From Toensbergia leucococca (taxonomy: Eukaryota): 20,000 bases of DNA. Numbering within the stretch: the stretch's first letter is position 1; the number at the start of each line of letters is the position of its first letter. Both the position numbers and the translations under genes were made by a program. The notes beneath the pieces were generated by a model that saw only the letters and a list, made by a program, of their open reading frames with translations, ran no database searches and was not told where the DNA came from. The stretch lies in the NCBI GenBank assembly GCA_022813965.1, contig JALDZS010000054.1:111059-131058 (forward strand). The letters are read 5' to 3'. Below, piece by piece: positions 1 through 10,484 of this stretch.

Positions 1-669
1 GACCCCAGTTGGAGGATTTTTTTCTAGGGGTTGGGTAGTGGAGGTTGGAAACGGGCTAAGGATGGACTGGGTCGAGGTACCTTTATGAGTGAGGGGGCGG
101 GTGGAGGGTTCTGTTGCTTTCTTATCTGCCGGATTAGGGGAACAAGGGTTTACATTTCGAGGGGCAGCTTTTGCTGAGTCTATATTCGTCGCCTTGGTTG
201 GGTACCTGTTGAGAACGGGACATGATGCGTTGCGCGTTACAAGTGGGTGGGGGGAGAGGCTTGGTGATTTCGGTGCCGGTTTCAGGTATTGAGTGAAATG
301 GGGGATTCGGAATGCTGACTTTTTGCAACTGGGATTCCTGCTTCCATGTCAAACATGTCAATCAAAGTCCGTGTGGGTCTCAGGGTTCTCAAAATTCTTT
401 TGCCATGAGAAACGGATGCGGATCCTTCTCCCCCAACATTTTGTACGGACTGTTCAAGAGGACCTCCTTCTATTGTCTATACCTAGTATTACACCTCACG
501 AACTCGTCAATCAAAAGAAAGTCCGGCTGATGCAAAGTGATCCTTTTATCCTGGATGGCCCCAGCAAAAGCCCCCAATTTTAATGTCTCAAGAGAAAAAG
601 AATCAAGCCTATTCACTCTTCGATCTTTCCTCGAAAAAAGCTGCAATGCTGGTGATTTTCCGCCGCTTT

Positions 670-1817
670 TCAGGTCTTGGATATTTCAACGCCGCCAGTC
701 GCACCTAATTAAATTAGCGGATGGTCTCGAAGCGCATGAAAACCATGACTCACCAAAAGCCTTCTTGATATCTCCGTAGATGGCGAATTGGCCAGCCGTG
801 AGGGTTCCCACCATGAACAGCCTCGCGCCAATGCCGGTGTAACTACCACGCAACCCGAGTTCCTTTGCAATCTTAATCAGGCGGCTGGTGGTACCTTCCC
901 CTGGAAGACCTTTGGACTTGTTAATCTTGCTGAGCATAGTGTCTGCTGGTTGAGAGACAATAGCAGCCGCAAAACCTGCCATTAGACCGGAGCCAAGGTT
1001 GATGACAGTTTGCATGCCGTCAGAGGTTGTAGACTTGTCTACACGCTTGTAGACAGCTTCAGCGACTTTCTCGTAAACGACAAATTTGGCCATTGTGTAC
1101 GGGACCCTACTCGATGGTCAGGCACTTGTTAAAAATGCATGATATGCGGTCGACTCACTGCTTGAATAGGATTGGCCCGAAACCGGAGTAGAACGCACCA
1201 AGACCCTCGGTTCTGGCAATCTTCCCAAAGCCACTAACAAGCCCACTGGCAAAGGCGGGTTCGGAAACAAGTCGGATTCTTGTAGCTTCCAATGGGCAAA
1301 GCGCAACGTCGGCAAAGAATTCAGCGACGGCAGATGATGCCAAGTAGACAGCTGTTCTGTTATTTGAGGCAGTCTCGTAACCGAAATAGTTGATGAATTG
1401 CTGCTTGAATAGTTCATAGCCTCCAAATTTGAAGGCGCCTTGTAGGAAATAGCCAGCTGCTGTAGGACCAAACCCGGTAGCAAGTGCACTCATTCCCTCC
1501 TTCGCAATGACTTGGCGAAAACCGCCAATTAAGCCCCTATTGTAAGTCACAGGGTCGAGCTGTATCCGAGTCTTAACGCTGCATCTCAAAGTGATTAGCT
1601 CGATGAACATAGATAGCTATGCCTTCACAGAAATGACCTACACATCGACAGGAGTGAGACCGCCATGAGTGACTGAACAACATATGGCGCCAGCCAGAGC
1701 AAATCTCGAATAAAGGGCAAAACCGCTAAGCTTCTCAGGAGTTTCAGCGCTGGTTCTCTGCACGATCGCGTCGAGCTTGTTGGAGCCAGTCGATGTTGGA
1801 GGCGGTGATGTTGCCAT
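670..1817 (-). CDS. MIR1: Mitochondrial phosphate carrier protein (SLC25/MCF family, Mir1-like), 327 aa
   Basis: Exons (minus): 1817-1642, 1578-1159, 1106-754, 704-670; 984 nt, frame preserved across GT-AG introns of 63, 52 and 49 nt. Three carrier signature motifs PxD/Exx[32 protein letters not shown]. Phosphate-carrier segments [27 protein letters not shown] and [18 protein letters not shown]. Family call is from recognition, not a database search. Confidence 0.95.
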
Positions 1818-1957
1818 TGTAATGAAACGATAAAACTAAATGAATGAGGAGTGGTTGGCGACAATAGTGGATGAGGATGGATCTCAATGCTTCACTGCTG
1901 AGCTGTTGAGTTGAAGATGAGAAGTTCAGGCCAGAAAAATGATAAAGTTTGTCTCAG

Positions 1958-1976
1958 CCAATCCCGGAATTTTCCG
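1958..1976. promoter_or_regulatory. CCAAT box plus adjacent inverted CGG-N6-CCG element upstream of the phosphate carrier
   Basis: CCAAT at 1958-1962 is immediately followed by CGGAATTTTCCG at 1965-1976, about 140-160 bp upstream of the ATG at 1817. Motif match only. Confidence 0.3.
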
Positions 1977-4032
1977 CTCCACGGGTTGTAGGATACCTTT
2001 TCGGGTTTTTTTCGTATTTGTCCGTAAGACCTCAATCCGACACACGATTACTCCGTAGTACGAGTTAAGGCGGTACTCATCAGTCAGCTCCATCAGCGCC
2101 CAAATGATTAGGCTTCACTCTCATATTGGAGTTCTAAAACATGTGGCTCTACCGTTAACACTGCAAACGTTTGATTAGCCTGTCCTACATTGTCCGTCGA
2201 CATGAGTGTACATCCTACGGATTCTTCAAAATTCCTCTGCACAATTCTATCCGCACAATGCCTATCGTGGCTTGAGTAAACACTGCATCGGACTTGCACT
2301 TGAGAATACTCGGTTGAAAATTCGGATTGTCTCGTCTTTATAGCGAAACAATGGCACAATGGAACAGTGAAAGAGACAGTTGAGGACTCAACTGTCTAGA
2401 GGGATGTCTGCGGCCAATATGTCATCAAGAGTTTTTAAGCTGATGGCTGCCTCTTGGGGACGTCAAATTATCTGGTTTGCTCTGTTCTGCAAGTATCCAA
2501 AGTCCAGTGGAAAGTCGACGGGCGTCTCTCAAGAGTAGCCTTCACTAGAAACCTTTCCGCCTCCTTCTCCTCCAGTGAAGCAAGATGTTGAAGAGATTGG
2601 GCCACTGGTTGTGGATAGGCATCGCATTTTCTCCTAAAGTACGTTTGAGCTTGAAGTCCTTGATGTGATGCTGCAACTCGCTGTTATTCTTCCTACTTTG
2701 TCTTCTCGCTCGTCCATTGTCGTCTTCTCTGATTGTTTACCAGGCTTCCGATATTGTATAGTAATAGGTAGAATGCTGTCAGTGTTTGGTTGTTCCTGCT
2801 CGATGTCCTGACTACCACACGAGTCAAGCATGTGTCTCGGACTCGTATAATTTGGCGGCAGTCCATTGCCACTACAATTTGCACAGGCCACTTATTCAAC
2901 TCTCTCGACATAGCCCGCGTAAGCATGTCTGCTGCTCATCAAAGACCCAAAAGTATAAAATTTCAGCAATACTTTAGACCCTTGCTTGCCAATGCCTCAT
3001 TTTCCTTGTTTGAAGATCTTTTTCCTGGTTGAAACAGAAGATAATCTTGGTAGGAACCAGGACCTTGGAGCAGGCTCACCATCGAGATGTCGTTCAAACT
3101 ATCACCTGTGGAAAATGGAGCAGTTACTCCATTAGACCAAGGCTATGTGCGGATGTCGCATCAACCCAGAGAGCATATATGTGTGTCATAGGTGCGTGGA
3201 TGAAACAATAGGGCATGGGCTACTCCCATGCAGCCCCTCGAATATTTACAATTCGTCACCAGCTTTCACGATCAGTGAGGGTCTAGACGTCGATGTATTA
3301 TATCGAGGTCAACCGGTGGAGGGGTACAAACAAAGTAGACCCATTGGATCGCCAGGATGAGGTACTCTCATAATCTAGGACAGAATTACGCAGACTGAGG
3401 AGAGCGTTGCCAATCAATTGGGTTTCATGAATGACTGGTATTACCAGGTTGTTCTTTCAGAGCTGATCTCTGCAATGAAACCTCTTCATCAATCAGCAAA
3501 CTTGATAGGTCTAGAGCGACTTTGACTTGATGACGGTGGCCTAAAACCTAGGCCATTGAGCCATTTAATGATCACACGTTGACCAATATCTCATCTGGTC
3601 ACCAGTCAATAGACGCACTTGAATCGTTGGACCATTACAATCTCCGGAAATTGCGTATCTATTCTATGCTAACACTATTCCGGGAGACTCAAATCATCTT
3701 CCTTGGGAGAAGCTGGCGTGCTCATTTTGAACCATTCATCCATGATCAGAAGGCCGACAGTTGAAGCTATGTCCACTAGGCGTCCTAGCCTTACGACAGT
3801 CGTCGAGTACGAGCCAGGATTTCGTAAATGTGGCTGGCTGACTAAAGTAATCGAAAGCATAAATCTTGGTCACACAAGGACTCGGAAAGGATGCCGATAC
3901 AACAAACCATGGTAGGGAAGTTGCGGTATTCATCAGATACTCTACTCCAATCGTTTGCTCGTTGAAGGTGAGCATGGACGAAAAGAATTGAGCGAGAAGT
4001 GTGTCCAAGGTCTGGGATTGGGTCAGCAGAGA

Positions 4033-4488
4033 TCAACGATGGCGTAAACTAAAGTAGCGGGCATCCCATGAGCGCGTGGAACATTCTACGGGCCTTCTAC
4101 GTGCTCCCTTTCCTTTGAGCGGCAATACATCGTCTTTCATCTCCGCAAGAGGCCTAGCACAACCGTTGATCTCAGCGCGCTTGGCCAGGAGGTTAGAAGC
4201 GACGATATTTTGATCGAGTCGTTCCAGAGATGCTACAAACGAGGCTGTGCTTTGTGCGGCTGGGACTGTTTCAGGAGTCCCAAACGTGTGAAATGTGATG
4301 GTGACGCTGGATATGTCACAGGTGGCTAGGGCGCTCAGACTCTCTGTAAATTAGGGCTTGGGACTACTCCAGTTTCCAATTTCTGGACTTCCATAGAACG
4401 ATCAGGCATACGATAAGGCAAAAGTGTCCTTACTGCACGGGAGAGCAGGGTGAAACAGAAGAGCGATTGCATCAATCTCCTCTAGCAT
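4033..4488 (-). CDS. Possible two-exon orphan protein, 121 aa (hypothetical)
   Basis: ATG 4488, exon 4488-4434, 90-nt intron 4433-4344 (GTAAGG...CTAAT...TACAG), exon 4343-4033 ending in TGA. The splice phases are compatible. No recognisable family. Confidence 0.2.
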
Positions 4489-5254
4489 GGATGATGGAGC
4501 TACGGTGGCTAGTGGGATGAGAGGATTCTACGGACCTTCGAAATGGCCTTCTAGAAAAACGACGATCGATCAAGGGCACGAAGTCGGTCGAGCTAGACTG
4601 CTAGCTGGACAGACGGCGGAAGGGAAGGTCCGGGGTATCTAAGGTCGTAGGACCAGTAAGGTAGGACCAAGGTAGAACCGTGCTGGGTGTGCGGGTGGAC
4701 AAGTGGACGGCGTGCCATCTGTGGGAGGGGTGGTCTAAGCGAGGTGTTGATCCAACTGGGAATCAAGGCATGGAATTTATCCCTGTTCACGCTGAGCTTT
4801 AACCCATGGAGATCAAATAGAGCGTGACTACTGGACTACTCCACTACTGCGTTTGGTTCGATGCATTTGCGCAAGAGGACTATCCTTCATTCAGACTTGG
4901 TGCCCTCATGACGTTCCCTGCTTGTTCCAAATTCTGTCCTCAGTTCCATGACAGGAGCCCGCATCCTTGTCGTCTTGTTGTGCCCTAGTCATCTCTCCCA
5001 GTTCCCTTCTTCTAGTTCTAGCGCTCAACGGCTTCCCCAAACCACAATACCCCGCAAGAGCTACAATGAGCGGTCGAATATCCTGCGCCTATAGCACCCC
5101 GGTCTCAATGTGCAGACTAATCCTCAAACTATACCGACGTTGACGCAGGCTTGATCGCCCGAGATCTTCATCACGTCTTAAAAGCTTCCCTACTTGCCAT
5201 GTCTTATCTATTTGCCGTGTCCGGTTCCATCCACCTTTGCGACCTCTTCCTGTC

Positions 5255-7347
5255 ATGTTGCTATATCACCGACCTGTACCCGCCAAGACACCTAAACGCC
5301 GGTCCAGAGCCGGTATGTATCCATTGTTAACCTACATCTCTTTCTATTGGGTCACCAGCTGATTAGTCCTTCGTTCGTCTGTAGGATGTGTTCATTGGTT
5401 AGCCAACTGGATGCCTAATTTTGATATCAAAGCTGACTCGCCAATAGCAAGGAGAAGAAGAAGAAGTGCAATGAGGAGCGTCCGCAATGTGATCGGTGCC
5501 TAGAGCGAGGATTGAGATGCGAGTACGAACCCGTCAAGCCTCGCAAGAGGAGACGGACCGTGTCCAATCCAGAGCACCTGGGCATGCGCCCCCCCACCAC
5601 TGCTCCAGGTCAGCATTTTGGCTTTCATGACAGACTGCAAGCCTTGCGGCAGGACTCAAGCTCAGGCTCCTCCATTCTCTCAGCATCACCAACTCCTCCT
5701 CTACCAGCAATTGCTGAGCATTGGGAGGTTCACAGTGCGCATTCAGTCTTCAGCGATTCTGGGTCGAGCTGTGGTAGTGATGCCTTTACAGACATGGATT
5801 CTCCCTTGCCTCCCTTTGATGCTTTGGATCATTTTGCGAGAAGCGCACCGGAGCTGAGTGACGTGAAGCCACTGCACATAGATCCGATGGACGGCTTTCC
5901 TAAGGATCATTATGACGAGGAGATAGCTACCACTAGGGACATGTTTTTGCCAACGTCAGCTATATCCAGGAGTAACTCTTACCCAGATCCCACAAGTGCC
6001 TTCTTGTCACCCACGTCCGGCCAATCACCCTACGACTTTAGTGTTCCTGCTTTTTCCGAATTCACCAATCGAGAGTCTCGGCGAGGCCTCTTGGACCATT
6101 TTTGCAGCGTTCTAAGTCATCTCTTGGTGTTCAAGGAGGACGCAGGCAATCCATTCAGGCAGCTGATCTTGCCATTGGCACAGAAGAGTCCGCCTTTGCT
6201 GAACGCCATCTATGCTATCTCAAGCGCACATCTTGAGCATCGAGGGTTACAAGTTGAAGAGAGAGCACTAGATCTGCACTCAAAAGCTTTACAGGGTTTG
6301 GCGAATCTAATTGCACACAAAGATGAGGGAAATCGTGATGAGGTCTTGGCTGTTATTATTCTTTTGTTGTACTACGAGGTTTGTTCAAGGAGGTCTCAAA
6401 GCTTGCAGATATTGTGTTGACTTCTTTAGGTGGTACGAAGTGGCTCTTCCACGGTGTTGAACAGCCATCTAAGAGGCGCGTTGTTAGTAATGCGCGAAAG
6501 AAGGGCCAAGCGTGGCCCAATCAGTACTTTCCTTGAGCGGGTGAGTTGCCACACCTCCAAGAACACATCCAGGACTAACCCTTTGCAGGCGTTTCGATAT
6601 TTTGATGTTACTGCAGCTCTTTCGTTTGGCTCCTCCCCCATGTCTGGAACGATCTTGACCCGTACGACGCATAATCTCCTCACGGCTCACGACACGTCGG
6701 CTATGACGGCGGTAGATGCACTCTTTGGTCTCGTTGGAGACCTATGGCCCATAATCCACCGGCTTGCAAGCCTCCTCGACGTGAAACGCAGCCTCGATAA
6801 AGAAGAGATCAACAGCCCTGGTCACGACAAGGCCAATAACATGCGGGCCGACTTTGACACCAACACTGCTAGCATTGAACTTGCTCTTCATCAATGGATC
6901 CCGAAGATTCCTGACTCGATTGTGGCCACGGAATCGCCGGCAGATGACTCCCGCCTCCAATCGACCATCAACAATGCCGAAGCCTGTAAGCAGGCTGCTT
7001 TTGTCTTTCTTTACCGCACTCTACTCTCCCACTCCCAGACATCTACAACGGTGCAGTCGGCGGTGAAACACGGCCTCCAATCATGCCTACGAGTTGTCAT
7101 CTTCTCCGGCCCCATGACAGCTCTTCTTTGGCCACTCTTCACCGTCTCCTGTGAAGCTGTGGAAGAAGTAGACCGCAACGTGGCAAGAACGGTGTTCCGG
7201 CATCTACAAAAAAGGCAAGGCATGAACAACATCGTCACAGCGTGGGAGGTCTGCGAAGAAGTGTGGCGAAGGACCGACGCTGGACAGTCCGAACTCGATT
7301 GGAGGATGGTCGCCCAGGACTTGAGGAGTGAGGTGATATTCGGCTGA
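5255..7347 (+). CDS. Zn(II)2Cys6 binuclear cluster transcription factor with C-terminal fungal-specific TF domain (Fungal_trans_2-like), 623 aa
   Basis: Exons 5255-5312, 5385-5397, 5448-6378, 6430-6540, 6589-7347; 1872 nt. The spliced N-terminus reads KRRSRAGCVHCKEKKKKCNEERPQCDRCLERGLRCEY (C-x2-C-x6-C-x6-C-x2-C-x6-C), followed by a basic NLS-like KPRKRRR. C-terminal motifs typical of the family: NPFRQLILPLA, LLNAIYAISSAHL, FRYFDVTAALS, LLWPLFTVSCEA, CEEVWRR. Confidence 0.93.
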
Positions 7348-8449
7348 TTGTCAGGCCACAACGAAGCTTACGGGGCACGCGACTGATTTGATATACGTAT
7401 TTACGTCGGCTATTGATTGATTGGCATTGCGGGATAGGGGTTCTGGCTCATTGCGCAGGCGCTTCTGCATACTTCCTTGATGGAGGTCTTTCTCTCACGG
7501 GCCGGCTGTGTGTTTTCGTTCTGTTTTCATACCATGTCGCATCATACCATATAGACGGGGGTGAATCTTTCTGGAAGGGGGCTGGTTCTTTTGGTTTGTG
7601 CTGGAGTAATTCTGGACTTTGGCGCTATGGGGGTTGGGCAAAGATAGAAAGGGTAGAAGGTTATAGATCTCCTCAAGTTGGCTGTCTCTATACTATTAAT
7701 GTTATATCATCGAACCATATCATGGCAATCAGATTGGACAAGATATCTCCAGTCGTATCTCACAGTCTTTTTCATAGACTTGGTACTCGTACCACACCAA
7801 CAAGGGAAAGCGACCAGGCACCAATCACAGCCCTCCCTCCCTCGACAATTGATCAACAACTTTCCCTCCAAAATCAACACCACGGAACCATCCCACCACA
7901 AGTCCAAAAATAAACACCACACCCAAGGTGAAGGTTCAGGCCAGCCAAAGCCAAGGGCAAAGCACACCTACATGCATTATGCACCCTCCAATCCATGGTG
8001 GCAATAAATGGAAAACGTACATCTTTCAATATTCTGAACAGGCCCACAAACGCACATGTTATTGTTCACCAAGATCTTGGTCAGAGGTTTGTCAGAGAAC
8101 AACAGTCGCTCACTAGTCTTTGCATGTGATGTGTGGGTAGGGGGGGTGGTGCTTTGGTTGTCTTGGTCTTTGGCCTTGCTATTCGCCCACTAAAATATCC
8201 ATCACACCCCCCCCCTTTTCCACTTTTCGCTTTCCACGACCTCATCTTGCAGTAAACGCACAGGGCGGCTCACACCCTCATGAGCCCAGCGGTGCGTAAT
8301 ATTCAGAGCGGGAAGGATCGTGAACCCAAGCTCAGCCAACAGCCAAGGTCCCCACTTTTCTAGTGTGCCGGGCCCCACTAGGGCTAGCTCTTAGCCACCA
8401 ACGGCACTACTGCAGTGATGAAGCTAAGCTCGATGATTGGAATTGTGGC

Positions 8450-8483
8450 TTCCTTCTAGAAGGTGTGTCATTTCCTTCTAGAA
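8450..8483. promoter_or_regulatory. Two heat-shock-element-like TTCnnGAA sites within a 12-bp direct repeat
   Basis: TTCCTTCTAGAA occurs at 8450-8461 and 8472-8483. The first overlaps the perfect palindrome CCTTCTAGAAGG (8452-8463). Each site has only two pentamer units, so function is uncertain. Confidence 0.35.
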
Positions 8484-9299
8484 TCCTTCCACGCTAGACT
8501 CGAGATTGCCATGGATTAAGGTGGACGAATCAGACATGGGCGCTTGTACGTTGTTTAGGTAATGGTTCATTTTCTATATTTGCTCTTTTCTGCCTATATA
8601 TTGTTTACTTTTTTTGCTTCCCTGGTGCTTGAGCGTTGTGAGATGGGAGGTGGTTCGTTAGCAAAGGGGACAAGGAGGACCGTGGGTTCTTCCTCCCTAA
8701 TCTACTGCATGCGGTGTCCTTTATGCGGAATTGAGCACACCGTTGGTGGAGATTAGCATCTGGAGCAGGGGGCGGGACCGGAAAGAAAAGGGAAGATAAT
8801 CTCACTTGCGTGCAACGCCTTTGGGGTTGCGGTGTGCAGATTGCGGCGCAAGGGGCGGGAAGGAGGAAAGGTTACAGTTGGTGACAGCGGGGAGCTCTGG
8901 TTTCTGCCGTGTGGGTTGCGGGAGAGCTAGAATATTGTGCGCGGGAAGGAGAGTAGGTACGATAAATTCCTAGGCTACTTTCATTTCCACCTCTCCAACA
9001 GCTTCCGGATCGTCAATGCAGGGTGAGATACCTATCTATCATTGCATCTACGCGCTATCTCTTGATGGTGTTTGTGCAACCGGGTCTTGTTCGCAGGCCC
9101 ACTATCCCTCCCTACCTTACCGGCGCCAACAAGGCCTTTACCATCTGAAGCTCCCAAACTCTCTATATTAAACCAGATCCAACACTTAGCCCTGATTAAC
9201 CAATAACAAATAGCTCCAAACATGGCCTCAGGAAAGCCTTGTGTGCATTCATAATCCTTTGCAGCTGTGATGCCTACCCGGACGTTGATTAGCCCCAAG

Positions 9300-10440
9300 C
9301 CTTTCCATCACACAACCCCAGACCTCCTCTTTCCTCAACCAAGCAAAACGAACAGCATCTCGAAAGAAAAACACCTCCACCGCCCAAGAGCCCAAACCCA
9401 CCCTCCTCCACCTCTCCATTTCTCAACCACAAAAGCCCCAAACTTCCTCCCAACCGTCCAATAAAATCCCCTCAGTCCAACCTCATCTCCCTCACCACCC
9501 ATCTGCATTCTGCCCTCCATACAACCAGCAAAACCCAAAACAGCCCCTGGGACACACCATCTCCAATTCTCCAAACCAACCCTACCTAGCCACCATTGTA
9601 ACAGGACTCGAGATCCGAATCAAAGACTGCCCGAAACAAAAAACCCCGCACTCCTCTCCCCCAGTATATATCCTCTCCAAATCGAGTACTCCTCGGCCTA
9701 ATTCCCGCCGCCCCCCCAAAAAAAGAGCGGTGCTAACATCCTCAACGAGACCCACCATCGCCGTAAAGTCCGTTGCCTCCTTGGCCCCTTTTTTTTCTTC
9801 CAGCCACTCATACCGTCCCACCACCCATCCCATCCCAAAAAGCGCCCATCTTCTCCCTCCTTCATCTCACCATCTCCAAACAAATCCAAAAGAAAACAAA
9901 AAGAAATCTCCCAAAATCTCTAATCCCCGATTAGAAGAAAAAGAGATCCAGATCCAGATCGAATCAGATCGATAGCTTTCGCTTAGATGGGGATGGATGG
10001 GGGGAAAAAGGGGGGGGAGCATGCCTGCATAAACCGGGGGGGGGGGGGAAATAGTGTGGTGAATCGATACACAAAACAAGCCCAACAATCATTGGAAACC
10101 CCCCCAAAAATTTCGGCCCCCCATTACAACTCTCTACTCGAATTCTGCCCCAAAAAAACAAAAGGGGGAGGAGCTCAGGTACTCTTTCTTTTCCTCTCCA
10201 AGGCACAAAAAAAATATAGTATATTAGGACACAAAAGCGGGTCAATCGTACCCCTCCACTTGTGACACGGCGAAAAAAATTATCAATCAAAAACATTCAT
10301 GGTTTAAGTGTCCATTAAACAACCCAAAAAATTGAATAAAATCCTTGAAAAGAAAAACCAGCTTTCTACACACACCAACAACAAAGGAGCAAAGTCAAAC
10401 ATCTATGAGAAAGAAAAAATTCCAAAGGCAGCTTATATCC
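9300..10440. repeat. Low-complexity A/C-skewed intergenic tract with homopolymer runs
   Basis: Plus strand dominated by A and C with many A and C runs, plus a G-run cluster at 9989-10048 (G4, G6, G8, G13) and a short (GATCCA)-type repeat near 9945-9960. Confidence 0.7.
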
Positions 10441-10484
10441 ATCCAACCCGGGACCATCATCGTACACACGAACATTATATGTGC

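Noticed and set aside
2100..4030. Multiple 60-90 aa ORFs in the MIR1-TF intergenic region
   Set aside because: No recognisable motifs, and I could not build a consistent spliced model. A degenerate gene cannot be excluded without homology searches.
8415..8540. Box C-like GTGATGA suggesting a C/D snoRNA
   Set aside because: No box D (CTGA) at a suitable distance and no terminal stem.
9289..9975. Stop-free plus-strand frame of ~229 codons, and several overlapping short ORFs on both strands
   Set aside because: The long frame has no ATG. The A/C-skewed composition makes stops rare, and the translations are low-complexity with no family motif.
7400..10450. Telomerase RNA, tRNA or other structured RNA gene in the long intergenic region
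   Set aside because: No CTAACCCTAA-type template, and no GTTCGA in a proper T-arm/cloverleaf context, was found by eye.
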